Shown here one piece after another: positions 25,086 to 42,280 of a DNA stretch of 64,000 bases. Position 1 is the stretch's first letter; each line of letters starts with the position of its first letter. The DNA is from the human T2T-CHM13v2.0 reference genome, Homo sapiens. A program made the translations under genes and the position numbers. The stretch lies in assembly GCF_009914755.1 (NCBI RefSeq), contig NC_060934.1. One strand, 5' to 3'. The notes below the pieces were generated by a model. The model did not search any database, was not told where the DNA came from, and worked only from the letters and a program-made list of their open reading frames with translations.

Positions 25086-27549
25086 GTTTGCTTTTTATCA
25101 TTGTTTTTACAGAGATATGTCTATGATAGTTCTACAAGTTTTTTATTGTGTATATGTTCAATCTGCTTGTAATTTATTGAATGCTTAGGATCTAAGAGTT
25201 TATATTTTCAGCAAATTTGGAAAATTTGGGGCTATTTCTTCAAATGTGTTTTCTATCCCAATTTCTTTCTCCTTTCTTCCTAGGAGTCCAATTACATGTA
25301 TGTGAGGGCATTGGATATTGTCCCACTGTCTTTAAGACTGTCATTATTTCATATTTCAGCATTTTTAGTCTATGTGCTTCATTTTTGTTATTTCTTACTG
25401 CAATTTCCTCAGATTTTCTGATATTGTTTCCACAGTATTCCACCAATTTACTAATTAGTTAAGTGATTAACTAATTTTAGATATTTTAGGTTTTAAGGTC
25501 TGCTATTTTCATGTTAACATTTTCTACAATTACCATTTCTCTACTGAGATTCCCCATCTGTTCACTCATTATGCTCATAATTTCCTTTATATTTGTCTGC
25601 TAATTCCAACATCTTTGTCATCTCTGGGTCTATAATTAACGACTTTCAAAAAATTCATTATTTATTAGTCACTTTTTCTATATCTAGTAATTAAAATGAA
25701 AATTATGCTGGATATGGTGAAATATCACTGCCAACCAGCAACACGATTGTAAGTCTAGTGCCAGACTCCAGTCCCAGACCCTCCCAGCTGCACCAGGTTA
25801 TTTTCTTATACATCCAGCAATCTCTTAAAGGTAGAACCACCCTCCCTGCAGATACCTAAATTCCCAAGGGTGTTAGGGGACAAGGGAGCAAGAGTACAAA
25901 ACGGGACTCTCCTTACACTGAGTTAGCTGCTGAGTGGGGAAGATGGAAAAGCAACCTCTCCACCCTGCAAGGCCGCTAGGAAGAGAGCCTACTCAGCTCT
26001 CAGGGTGCGCTCTCTGATCTGCCTGTAGTGAGAGATAGCTGTGACAGGTGTAAATACCTCATGTTGTAAATTTCATGAAAGTAATACACCTGGGCCATCT
26101 GGCCCAAAACCGCAGCCTGCTGTGCACTCCCCCTCCACACCCCAACTGCTGGGAGAAACACAATGCAAAGCCCACGTGCCTCCAGGGAGGGAAGAGCCAG
26201 GGCCACAGACAAGGCCTCCAGACTAGCAAAATCATCCCAGCTACCAGGTCGGAGCCCGGGCTACATGGCAGTTACTGCCGAAGTAAATTTTTTTACATCA
26301 ATCCATTTACTCTCCTGAATGATGCTATAACTGAGATGATACCCTCATATCACCAATGAAACACAGACGCAAAAAGGCTGTCACATGCTCAGTGTCCTGA
26401 GCTCATCAGCAGCTGATCCCTGATTGAAGCCCAGGTCTGTTGACTCCAGTGCTCGCAATTTTTATGACTACACTAAAACATTTTTATCCTTCATTTCCTC
26501 CCTGGGTTCCTCTGCTCCCTTTCTCCAAGAGGTGGTAATAAGGGTTTGTTAATGTAAGAAAAATTGGTGATCTGTAAACTCTCAGCCCTAGAAAGTCTAA
26601 GCAGAACATTTTCTTAGCCTTTTAGAGGCTGCTGTGGGGCCAGACATCATAGTTAAACAGCTGGAAAAGTCACTTTAATGACTCACCAGGGGTGTACTTT
26701 CTTCTTTCCTTTTTTATTTTGGCACTGGCTGTTTGGATTAAAACATGGAAAATGTAATGAAACCTTGTAAAGAGAAGAGTGAAAAAATGACAACAGAAGC
26801 TGAGTTCTGAAATGCACTGAGATATGATGACAGACAAAAGCCATCATGGGGATGAAGTGCAGGAGAGTATCTCACTGTGTCTGCGGAAGAGCAGGCCCCC
26901 AAAACCAGGAGGCCCTTTATGCCAAACACCCCCACACCTTTACAGATCATGCTGATGTATTTAAGCGTCCATCACCAGTTCATCTGTGTCAGCTGTGGAA
27001 CCGTGGGACTGATGTTTCAGAAGAACTGTGTTTCGGAGAAACTAGGCTATAACTACAAATTATTCTTACACACAATTCAGGATTTGTGTAGCATTAGGAA
27101 GCTGCTTAAAGCAACACCACTAAAGAAACTAACAATAAAAGACAACCTTGAAAAGCATATAATTTTTCAGGAGTTATCAGGAAAAGATCACACTGTAAGA
27201 CTCCATTATAGTTCCAGCTACTTTTTTATGTATCTGACAGTGACTGCATCCATGTCCACACAGCACATGCTCAAGCACACTAGGTAATTACTGAAAACAT
27301 GGTTGTGCAATTTAGTGGTGCTTACTGTTGACTCTCCTTTCTGCCCAATCTGTTTTCCCCGATGTCTCTGAGCTGCCAAGAGTGAGATCTGGATCTCAGC
27401 TTCAGGTTCAACTCCACCTAGTCCCTAAGCCAATCCTGCCTAAGGCTTATAGAACATCAGGGCCTCCCTTATCTCATGGAGGTTGTGGAAAATGTCTTGT
27501 CAGTTCAATAATTCTTGTTCCAAAATACCACTACTATGCCTACCAACCC

Positions 27550-28075
27550 ATGTACCAGTTATCTTTATTACAAAACAAACCATCCCAAAACTCGGTGATA
27601 CAAAAATCTCCACTCATTTAACTGGTTATGATTTTGGGTCCTTGCAGTGAGAGTGGGGTGTGGCAGGGACAGCTGGGCTCTGCTCATGTGGTATTGCCTG
27701 GGTGTCCTCGTGCACCTGCATCAGCCGGCAGCTCAGCTGGGGACAGGCTTACCTTAGGTGGCCTCACTCACCTTCCTGGTGGCCACCTGGGGCTGTTGGC
27801 TAAGGCACTTCAGCTCTCTTCCATGTGGCCTCTCATGCTCCAGGAGGCTGGGCAGGGCTCTAGTTCATGATGTAAAAAGCATTTCAAGAAGGCAAGAGCA
27901 GAAACTACAAGAGCTCTCGAGGCCTTACTCTGAAGTCATGCCCTGTAATGTCCATGTCGTCTATTGGGCAAAGCAAGTCACAAGGGCAGTCAAGATTCAA
28001 GGATCAGAAATTAAGCTCCATCTCTTACTGGGAGGGGCCTCAAAGAACGTGTGAACATTTTTAACCCAACCCAGT
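27550..28075. mobile_element. Old MaLR LTR (MLT1J/K-like)
   Basis: acaaaacaaaccatcccaaaactcggtg...gcaaagcaagtcacaagggcagtcaagattcaagg. Confidence 0.6.
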
Positions 28076-28125
28076 GTGTTTACAGCATTAAGTGATGCCC
28101 TCTGCTCTGTATATCTACATCCTTT

Positions 28126-28420
28126 TTTTTTTAAAGAGATAGAGTCCACTCTGTTGCCTAGGGTGGAGTGCAGTGGCACAATCACAGCTCACTTCAGTCT
28201 CATTCGAGGCTGGGGTCAAGCAATCCTCCTGCCTCAGCCTTCCAAGTAGCTGGGTCTACAGGGCATAACACCATACCTGACTGACTTTTTAATTTCTTGT
28301 AGAGACAGGATCTTGCTATGCTGCCCAGTCTGGTCTCAAACTCCTGGCCTCAGGCAATCCTCCCACCTTGGCCTCCCAAAGCACTGGGATTACAGGCATT
28401 ACCTGCAGTGCCAGGCCCCA
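28126..28420 (-). mobile_element. AluJ
   Basis: 16-bp TSD tatatctacatccttt at 28110-28125 and 28421-28436. Confidence 0.92.
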
Positions 28421-28564
28421 TATATCTACATCCTTTGTGATATTGAATCCATTTTCTGATGGACATTGGTTAATTCACTGGGTCTAGAGTCCTATTCTGA
28501 GTCACAGCCTGTTGCTGTCCCCTGTTCCTCAGAGAATAACTGTACCCCTAGAGTCTGGCTGGAA

Positions 28565-28875
28565 TTTTTTCTTTTTTCTTTTTTTTTTTTTTTTTTGAGA
28601 TGGAGTCTCGCTTTGTTGCCCAGGCTGGAGTGTAATGGCACGATCTTGGCTCACTGCAAGCTCCGCCTCCTGGGTTCACGCCATTCTCTTGCCTCAGCCT
28701 CCTGAATAGATGGGACTACAGGTGCCCACCACCACGCCTGGCTAATTTTTTGTATTTTTAGTAGAGACGGGGTTTCACCGTGTTAGCCAGGATGGTCTTG
28801 ATCTCCTGACCTCGAGATCTGCCCACCTCGGCCTCCCAAAGTGCTGGGATTACAGGCATGAGCCACTGTGCCCCA
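28565..28875 (-). mobile_element. AluY
   Basis: Diagnostic gcaagctccgcc, ttcacgccattc, ttagccaggatgg. Confidence 0.95.
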
Positions 28876-28979
28876 AGTCTAGTTGGAATCTTGTTCTGAA
28901 CAGAAACATATTCTGATCATGACAAAAACACTGTGGCCTTTTTCTTTATCCGTAAAATCAGAGCACCTATATGTTAAAA

Positions 28980-30130
28980 GATTATTCATCCAACAAATAT
29001 TTACTAGGCTTCTGCTATATGTCGCTAGACATTAGATACTTTAGTTTCTGATCTTTTGGAGAGATTGGATATTTGCATAGGTAAATTGCATTGTGATGTA
29101 ATAATTGTGCTACAGAAGTAGGAATAACAAGCTGAAGGGCAACAAGGGCTTGGGAAGCTTGACAAAAGAGGGGATCTTTCAATTGGGTCATTAAGGGTGA
29201 CTAGGAGTTGCCAATGGATGGTAGAGAAAGGACTTTCAGGTGAAAGAAGGTGCAAAGTTATGGCGAGAAACTAGATCAGACTTAGAAAAACCTAAGCCCT
29301 GTTTTATGTGAACATGGAGGAAGGCACAGGGAGGCAAGACTCGGGAGGTTGGTTAAGTCATATGAGAACCACCTAAGTGGAGGGGTTGGGTTTTTATCCT
29401 GCAGGCTGGAATCCAGTTGCTAGGTGTTCCCAGACTTGGCTGATCCTCAGATAGCTGGGATGTCAGCCCAGACCAATGAATCAGGAGAGCCTTGGAGCCT
29501 GGGAGTCTGAGTTATTAAAAACTACCCCAGTTCCTCTGATGACCAGCCATGCTGGGAGGCATGCCATCATCTAAGAGGGGAGCTCGCAGAAAGGCTTAAA
29601 ATAGGGAAAGGGAAGTGATGACATTGAGATTTTGTAAAAGTGAGCCCAGCAGCTGTATGGAGTTGCATGGCAGTGTGGAGAGAATGAGAAACCAGAGGTA
29701 AGGCTGGTGCAGTGACCCAAGGAAGACAGTAGTGGTGAGGGTCTGCACCATCAACACAGTTCTATGCAGAAGAGGAGAGTCAGGCTGAAGAGACATTTCT
29801 GTGGAAGAATGACCTGAATTTTATAGGGAAGAAGGTGGGGGAAATAAGAGAAATAAAGAAGAACACTATGGTTTCCAGCTCTGAAGTTTAAGTAGACAGG
29901 AATGTCATTAAATGGGGTCTGGTGTTTAGAAGAACTGACTTGGAGATGAATGAGGGGGCATTTCACCTTGGACATGTGGAATTTGAGATATCAATGAGAC
30001 ACCAGGGTAGATTTGTCCACATAATAGTTGGAAATGTGGATTTGAAGCTTAAAAAGTAGGTAAAGAGCCCTAAATGTAAAGACATCCGCCAAGAGATGGT
30101 AGCAGAAGCCATGGCAGTAAATGAGTTGAC
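28980..30130. mobile_element. L2 fragments
   Basis: ttcatccaacaaatatttact; ttggacatgtggaatttgagata. Confidence 0.6.
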
Positions 30131-30397
30131 TGGGCACCATGCAGAGTCTTAATTCTTAGACTCTGAGGTGCACAAGAATCATCTACGAAGGCTGCAGAAG
30201 GCACACTCCTTGAATCTCTTCCCAGGGATTCTGATCCAACAGGTCAGGGATGTAGCAAAGGGATGAATATTTGTAATCATAATTCTACAACCATATTCTT
30301 AAGAAACACAGATGAAGACAGAACACAGGAAATATCTGAGGTAATTGCTGAGAGCACCAGAAAATAAGAGAGCAAAGGAGAATCCAGCAATAGGCAG

Positions 30398-30772
30398 TGT
30401 TATGGGCTCAATGATGTCCCCCACCAAATTCATATGTTGAAGTCTTCGCCCCTAGTATCTGGGAATGTACTGTATTAGAAGATATGACCCTTTAAGAGGT
30501 AATTACAGCAAAATGAGGTAACATAGGTAGCCAATGTGATGGCTGCCCCTATACATGAAAGAAATTTGGACACAGATATCCAGAGAGGGATGACTATATG
30601 AAGATACTAGAAAAAGATAGCCATCTGCAAGCCAAGAAGAGGCCTCAGAAGAAATCAACCCTACTGACACTTTGATCTTGAACTTCCAGCCTCCAGAACT
30701 GTGAGGAAATAAGTCTAGGTTGCATAAACCACTTGGTCTGTGGTACAGGGTTATGGAAGCCCTGGCAGACTG
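30398..30772 (+). mobile_element. MLT1B/C LTR
   Basis: tgttatggg...caaattcatatgttgaagtc...ttccagcctccagaactgtgag. Confidence 0.75.
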
Positions 30773-33299
30773 TTAGAGAAGCTAAGGCGCAAAAACAGGA
30801 AAGTCAGAAATGAAAGCAAGAGGAAGTGTACCAAAAAGATGTGGGAAGGCGTGGTCCACTGTGTCTCATTCTACAAGGAGGTCAAAGACAATAAGACCTG
30901 GGAAGAGGATAATTGTGAGGTGATGTCAGCAAGACCAGCATCAGCAGAATTATAAGGCCATAGGGAGGAGATGACTGGAAGCTGGGCCCACAGGGAGCTG
31001 TGGACTTCTCCTTCTAGAAGCATGGCAATTGTGAACTGGGCTTTAAGCTGAGGCCTTGAAGTGGGGCACACTTGAAAAATGTTTTTAAGATGGAAGAGTT
31101 AAACATATTTGAGAACAAGAAAAAAGACCATCAGATAAAGCTATATGGAAGGCTTTTTAAAAGTTTTTGTTTAAGTCTGGGGTCAACTAGAAAGATGGAA
31201 GGAAGCTAGAACACCAGAGTAGAGGGAGAAGAAGGAAGAAAGAGAAAGGAAGGAAGAATGAGGAGGAGAAGGGGTATAAAGTATGGGAGAAAGAGGAGGT
31301 TACACTTTTTTTCTACCACAGAAAAAGCAGAAAAAGATGGATGAAATGATAAATGAATTTGACATGGAAGATTGGGAAGGGAGGAAGTTGACAATCTGTA
31401 CTCCTGAAAATAGGCATATTCTGTTCTAGTAAAGTAGAAGGTGTGGTTATCAGCTGGGAGAATTAGGGTCGGCAGGTGGGTGAATTTTTCTTTAGATTAA
31501 CTGTACACATGGAATATGTTGAATGGGAACCTGCATGCTTGCAGTGAAGTGTAATGCTTGCAGTGAAGTGTGATGATGCAGGATAACCTAATTTTATCCA
31601 ATTCCCCAAATAAAAAAAAGGGACCTTGGAGCCAATAACTTCTAACATTTTCTCTTCAGTGGATGAACTGCATCTGAAATTGGTCCAACCTGGCTGCACA
31701 AGGAACTCTTTGGTCAACACAATTCTTAAAATTAGAGGGTATGAGATGAGAAAGAGAACCATCTGGGCATGTGAGTATGCAGCCATTTTATATGATTGAG
31801 GATGGGCTTTCCTGCATTCAGCTTCCAGGTCTCCATTAGGTTTCTTATCTATGTCAATACGGTTGTGGGTAGCAATAAGAGAGGCAAAAATAAAGAAGAT
31901 TTAGTGTTTGATCTTATATAGGTCACAATCTAATAGGAAAAAGAGAAATTGCATTCAGCATAAGTGCTGTCCTGGAGGAGGGCCTCAGAAGCCCTCGGTG
32001 GCTTCTTCCACTCCTGATACCCACTCACCTTGTGATAAGAGCTTTGCTGACTGTTAGCCACTGCTTATGAACTTGGCTGCTTTAATGGAGACCCCTGAAA
32101 ATTTTTACAAAGGGCTTGAAGACCAAAGTAGTGAATTCCTAATGATGGAATTTCAGACCCTGTGACAACTGAATGCAATTTGGAGGAAACAGATGTTGCT
32201 TGATGCCGGTTAATCAACCTCTCCATGTCCACAGATGTATCAGGACCCAGGGTTTGACTGACCTGTCACATGGTCTGGCAGCACCTACAGTGGTTGAAAT
32301 CAGGACCACCCAAGCACGCCCAGGATCCACTGGCATCTTTCACTGTCAGTGTGGTCATCTTGTCCTTGCCATGCAAAAGGCATCCCACTCCTCAGACTGA
32401 CCACATTAGTAGCTGGCCGATCTGTTTCTTGGCAACCAGAAGGCAAGCTGTTGTGTCTGCCAGCCTTCCCCACTGGTCATGTGTCTCGCTCCCCATGACC
32501 AATGGGGAAAACCAATATTACTGGTGAAAACCGGTATTACACTGAGCCCCAGCCCTTGCTGTGGTGGTGGATGTGGCCAGGAAATTAAACACACACATGT
32601 TCATTCAGGCTCCTGATTTTGCAAACACATTGTGACAAGTAGCACACCATCCTGAGCAGTACCACAAAGCCTTTGGTTTTGATTACATGAAACACCTCTG
32701 GTTAAAAAAACAAAGAGAGAGCACTAATTTTTTTTAAGCATCATGCAGTTGCAGACTGCAGATTTTGAGGGAAGCCCTGTGCACCCTGCCTAGAGGTCTG
32801 TGTGGAGCACTCTTCAATGTTGTGAGCTGAATTCTGCCTTTAGTTAGGCCAACCCTCCTAGCAACAGGAAGCCAGAATGGGAATCTTTTCCCACACATAG
32901 CTCAGCAGTGCTAAAATTTCCCAGACAGAGGGAAAAATGATGATCTTCCCTCATCTCTGGCTGTATTTATCTATAAGGCAGCGATATGTTGCATTCCTCT
33001 GTTGTAAATAAATCAATGAAGTGAGCCTTCCAGGTTATAGTTTTACTGTCAAGTATCAGGTGTCATGATCCATATCTTGATACAATAAAGTTAAGACTCT
33101 AGATCTAGTTAGAGTCACCTGTCAAAATAGCTGGGCTGTGCTGATGAACAGCCTGGCAGGACTGGTGCTATGGCCTTAAAGAGGCAAGCAGTATAAAAAT
33201 CAATAGACATTTTGTTGAGTTACCATGATTTTTAGGGTGCCTTGCAAGGAGATAAGGAAAACAGCCAAGGGCAGGCATATGGAAGGCCTTTTTGTCACA

Positions 33300-33487
33300 T
33301 TCTATGCCCAAGTCTTCCACTATTCTCTGCTGAAACACACTTATTGGAATGTGTTTTAAGTATTCTCAACCTGTCCTTTCTTCAGCTGCCACTTTCTATC
33401 CCTAAGTGTTCCACTATTCTCTGCTGAAATACACTTACTGGAATGTGTTTTAAGTATTTTCAACCTGTCCTTTCTGCAGCCACCATC
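33300..33487 (+). repeat. 94-bp tandem duplication (2 copies, about 90% identical)
   Basis: ttccactattctctgctgaaa...caacctgtcctttc starts at 33315 and 33409. Confidence 0.9.
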
Positions 33488-33760
33488 ACCCCTTCCACTC
33501 CTTAGATTTACCTTGTGGTGTCTAATGCTAGTCCTAGAAAACCTGAATGCAGGGAACACCCGGTGATTTATACATAAATGTGCGGTTAAGCCAATGTGAT
33601 CCCTGTTCCCATTGCATTTTCAACCTGGTCTCTAAGCAAAGAAAGGAGAGGGAGACTTTGACCTTGTCTTATTTACCTTTGATTACTTTTCTTTGCCTAT
33701 GGAGTAAAGTCCAAATTCCTGAACATTCAATCAACAAACATTTGAGCCCTTAACATTTTT

Positions 33761-34116
<356 letters not shown>

Positions 34117-34871
34117 GCCCTTAACATTTTTATAGTATTGCCCTAATATATAGTATAACCCTATAAAAAAAACTCATCTATCAACAAAAGACATGGAGGA
34201 CAAACCATAAATGTTTGCTGAAAGAACAAATAAGAGAGTGAACCAAGGTGTAAAAAAAAAGGCATATATTATTTCCCTATTTGTGTGAGCATTCTCATTG
34301 CAGAGGTAAAATATTTATTTAGAGTTATCATAACCATGTTTAAATCAATTAAGAAATAGGCAAGGAGCAGGAAGATGGAAATCAAGAGTATGTTCATTGC
34401 TGAGAATGACTCGGTTGGAAAATGTGTGTTGTGAGGCAATAATGGACTTCCTAACATGAATTCCCAGAATAAGACAAACCCACCTAGTCACAAACACATG
34501 TTGAAGTTGTCCCAAGGAAACTTCTCAAGCAGAGAAGCAAACTATAATGTATCTGGCAGCCTGGCTCCTGAGAGAGGAGGAGAGGGGAAAGGGACAAACT
34601 ATGCCCTTTTTTTATCCTGGTGTTACCAATCAGAGCGAGAAGCCAGAGTATTCAGGGAAAAATTCCTGCCTCCTGGAAACAAGAGGAGCTGGGAATAAGT
34701 GTTCCTCTCCCATTATAATTCATCATGAAAGCTAACACAATATGTGAATATGTAATTGCCTGACAAAAGACTAGTGTGGACAAGAATTTTAGGGAGGTAC
34801 CATGCTGGAGTAAGGGAACAAACCAGGCCTGAGTCTTAAAGGGAGGATTTGAATAGAGAAAGAGGTGTTCT

Positions 34872-34949
34872 GGCCGGGTGCAGTGGCTCACGCCTGTAAT
34901 CCCAGCACTTTGGGAGGACGAGGCAGGCGGATCACGAGGTCAGGAGGTC
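34872..34949 (+). mobile_element. Tailless 3'-truncated Alu (first 78 nt)
   Basis: Perfect 16-bp TSD gagaaagaggtgttct at 34856-34871 and 34950-34965; no poly(A). Confidence 0.92.
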
Positions 34950-35392
34950 GAGAAAGAGGTGTTCTTAGGACTGGAGGGAAGGTATTGGAACGGTGTTTGG
35001 GGAAGCTGGAAGTGAGCATAGAATTATCTGGCCTGACTTCCCCTCCCCATCCCTATCTCATCAGGCTCCAGCCACACCATTTGCACTCATCACTCCCTAC
35101 ACATGCCTCTCACGTCCTAGTCCCTGTATCTCTGGCTGCACTGGTCTGTGTGGCTGCCTGCCCTCCTACCTCACCTCTACCTGCAGGTACCCGAAAGATC
35201 CTCTGACATCTACCTCAAAGGCTGCTCCTCAAGAACACCCTTCTAGACTTCCTTGCTACCCGCTCCCCAAGTGGAATTCTGTGCTCCACTCCTGGATCTC
35301 ACCTGGCTTTTCCTTCCGACACTTATCATATTCTGCACTGTTTCTTAGTCATTATTAAATACACCTGTCTCCCCAACACGACTATAAAATCT

Positions 35393-35704
<312 letters not shown>

Positions 35705-36741
35705 CTATAAAATCCAGTAGGATAAGGAACCTGTCTTTTTACCCCTCAAAAATCTAGGACCACCTGTGTTCAGTGAATGTATTTTTAATTATAGAAATCT
35801 CAAGCATTGGAGTATTATTTGGATAAAAATTAATCTTAGTTTCTGAAAAATCCTTCATAACCATGCATCTTAAAAGAAGCAGAGAAGCTTCACCAGCCCT
35901 GCCTCGTTTCTCTTATAATTAACAAAAGAGCAAGTTAGGCCTTTTAAAAAACTGCAAGTTGGGGTCCCAGAATCAACTGCTATCACTATCTGTAGCTCAA
36001 ATGGTGAAATTAACTCAGGTGTCCTTAAGGGTAGGTTTTTAGGCACAGGAAAAATATGGTTACTTTGTACTTTATTATGATTTACTAAAGCTACTAATCA
36101 AAACTCTATGTTTCACCTAAGCTTTTAAATTTAATTTATAATTTAATAAGGAGCTTTAAAGATTTATAATCTTATAAATGTTAATTATTTATAACATATT
36201 ATTTATAATATAAATTTAACAACTATTCATAAGGAGTCTTCTACAACTTCATTAATTGCCTTAAACTGCATATCTAAATGTAAAATATTTGATTTCTCTT
36301 ATGTTCCTCAACTACCTCTAAGAACTAGAACCTTTCTAAAATATGTTTGTATAAATGAAATAAATTTAATGCATACGTTGGACAAATTTTTAGATTTTAT
36401 TAATATATTAACACTGTTTACTACAATTAGTAAACTTAGAACTTTTGACTTAAAAGCACAATAATATCAACTATATTTTAAATTTGAATCATGAGCCCTA
36501 TTTGTTAGATATCTTGATTTGGCCAGTATTTAAATTACCCAAACATGTACTAATAGATGATTCTTAAATACCGTATTGTGGGTCAGGTTTATTTAATTAT
36601 TTCTGTAACTATGCTCATCATTCCCAGGGTTAAAAGGTGTTTATGGATTTCCAAACAAGTGGGTGTTTCCAGCTTGTTCCAATTTAGTTGATCAAGATTA
36701 ATTATTAACCAGAGAAATTTGGGGCTGAGGTGCAAAAGAAA

Positions 36742-36820
36742 TCAAATTCCTGGGCTTCAGCAATCCTCCTGCCTCAGCCTCCCAAAGTGCTAGGATTACA
36801 GGTGTGAGCCATCGTGCCTC
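36742..36820 (-). mobile_element. Old Alu/FLAM 5' fragment
   Basis: gcaatcctcctgcctcagcctcccaaagtgctaggattacaggtgtgagcca. Confidence 0.85.
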
Positions 36821-36949
36821 AATCCCAATTCTTAAAGATAGCAATATGACACCCTGTTGGGTTCTGCATATCTCTCATGGCTTTGTGCAACTCTTTAGTT
36901 GTAATATTAAAGTCATGCTATGAAAGACAAATATGGGAAAAGATGTCTT

Positions 36950-37206
36950 ACACTGCAGCTCCTGACCTTACTCAAACCGGACTCCCTCTTTGAATACTCC
37001 TGATGTTCCCTCCCTTGCTCTGCTTTTTCTGTAGCACCTACCACCTTCAAACATGATATAACATCACTTGCTTATTAAATTTTCTCCCCACTAACTAAAC
37101 TATGAGCTCTATGAGGGCAGGGAGTTTTGCTGTCTTGCCCAATGATACATCCTTGCACCTAGAACAGTGCTTGACAGTTATTAGGCACTCAACAAAGATA
37201 TGTTGA
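36950..37206 (+). mobile_element. L2 3' end
   Basis: gagctctatgagggcaggg...cacctagaacagtgcttgac...taggcactcaac. Confidence 0.7.
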
Positions 37207-37975
37207 ATCACTGATCATGAGAGAAATGCAAATCAAAACCACAATGAGATACCATCTCACGCCAGTCAGAATGGCAATTATTAAAAAGTCAAGAAGCAAC
37301 AGATGCTGGGGAGGCTGTGGAGAAATAGGAACGATTTTACACTGTTGGTGGGAATGTAAATTTGTTCAACCATTGTGGAAGACCATGTGGTGATTCCTCA
37401 GATATCTAGAAGCAGAAATACCGTTTGACTCAGCAATCCCATTACTGGGTATATACCCAAAGGAATATAAATCATTCTATTATAAAGATACATGCATGCA
37501 TATGTTCATTGCAGCACTATTCACAATAGCAAAGACATAGAATCAACCTACGTACTCATCAATGATAGACTGGATAAAGAAAATACGGTACATATACACT
37601 GTGGAATACTATGCAGCCATTAAAAAGAATGAGGTCATGTCCTTTGCAGGGACATGGATGGGACTAGAAGCCATTATCCTCAGCAACCTAATGCAGGAAC
37701 AGAAAATCAAATACCACATGTTCTCACTTATAAGTGGGAGCTGAACAATGAGAACACATGGACACATGGTGGGGAACAACACATGCTGGGGCCTGTTGGG
37801 GAGGGGTTGGGGAAGGAGAGCATAAGGAAGAATAGCTAATGGATGCTCTGCTTAATACCTAGATGATGAGTTGATCTGTGTAGCAAACACATGTTTACCT
37901 ATGTAACAAATCTGCACATCCTGCACATGTACCCTGGAACTTAAAATAAAAGTTGACAGAAAAAAAGAAAAAAAA
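37207..37975 (+). mobile_element. L1PA (older, about L1PA8-12) 3' end
   Basis: ORF2 C-terminus MIDWIKKIRYIYTVEYYAAIKK, then 3' UTR and A tail. Confidence 0.9.
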
Positions 37976-38079
37976 CATATACAATAGAGCAATGAAAAAA
38001 TAAAATGCAATTACCACATTTTTAAAAAATTAATTTTATGTCTTAAAGTGGCCAGGGTCTAAGATATCCTGTTATTTTC

Positions 38080-41913
<3,834 letters not shown>

Positions 41914-42084
41914 TCTGTTTTTTTCTTAAAATAGAAATACAGAAGCTACACTACTGGGAAATCAATAAAAGCCCAAAGCCTGATGTGTAGACATTTTAAA
42001 TATGTTATTTCTATTGTACAGGATATTGTTCAAACATTTGAGTCTGCTAACAGTATTAAACAGAGCCAAGAGGAAAAAAAAAAA

Positions 42085-42280
42085 GGGCATGGCTATAAGC
42101 TGGATTGGCTACATAATTTGCACAGCCCATTGTAAAATGAAAATATAAAGCCCAGTTCAGAAGTTGTGAAGAATTTCAACATGGTAACAGCAGAATATTA
42201 GACCAAACATGGGCCCCATCTAAATAAGCATGCGGCCCTGTGCAACAACACAAACCACGAAGCCATAAAGCTGACCCTGA
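42085..42280. mobile_element. Small hAT-like DNA transposon remnant (MER91-like)
   Basis: Ends ...aagctgaccctg; ggccctgtgc motif. Confidence 0.35.

Noticed and set aside
25453-25476. 10-bp hairpin aattagttaa-gtga-ttaactaatt
   Set aside because: AT-rich, within old L1; plausible by chance.
26737-27287. 136-aa ORF and overlapping ORFs as a gene or processed pseudogene
   Set aside because: No recognisable protein family in any frame I translated; no poly(A) or TSD.
32173-32594. Non-repeat, coding-looking stretch
   Set aside because: The frames I translated contain stops and no homology was recognised; a TBLASTX search would settle it.
34872-34949. Idea that this 5' Alu fragment is the missing 5' part of the neighbouring copied Alu (twin priming)
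   Set aside because: It has its own TSD and its variants differ from the source Alu at 48027.
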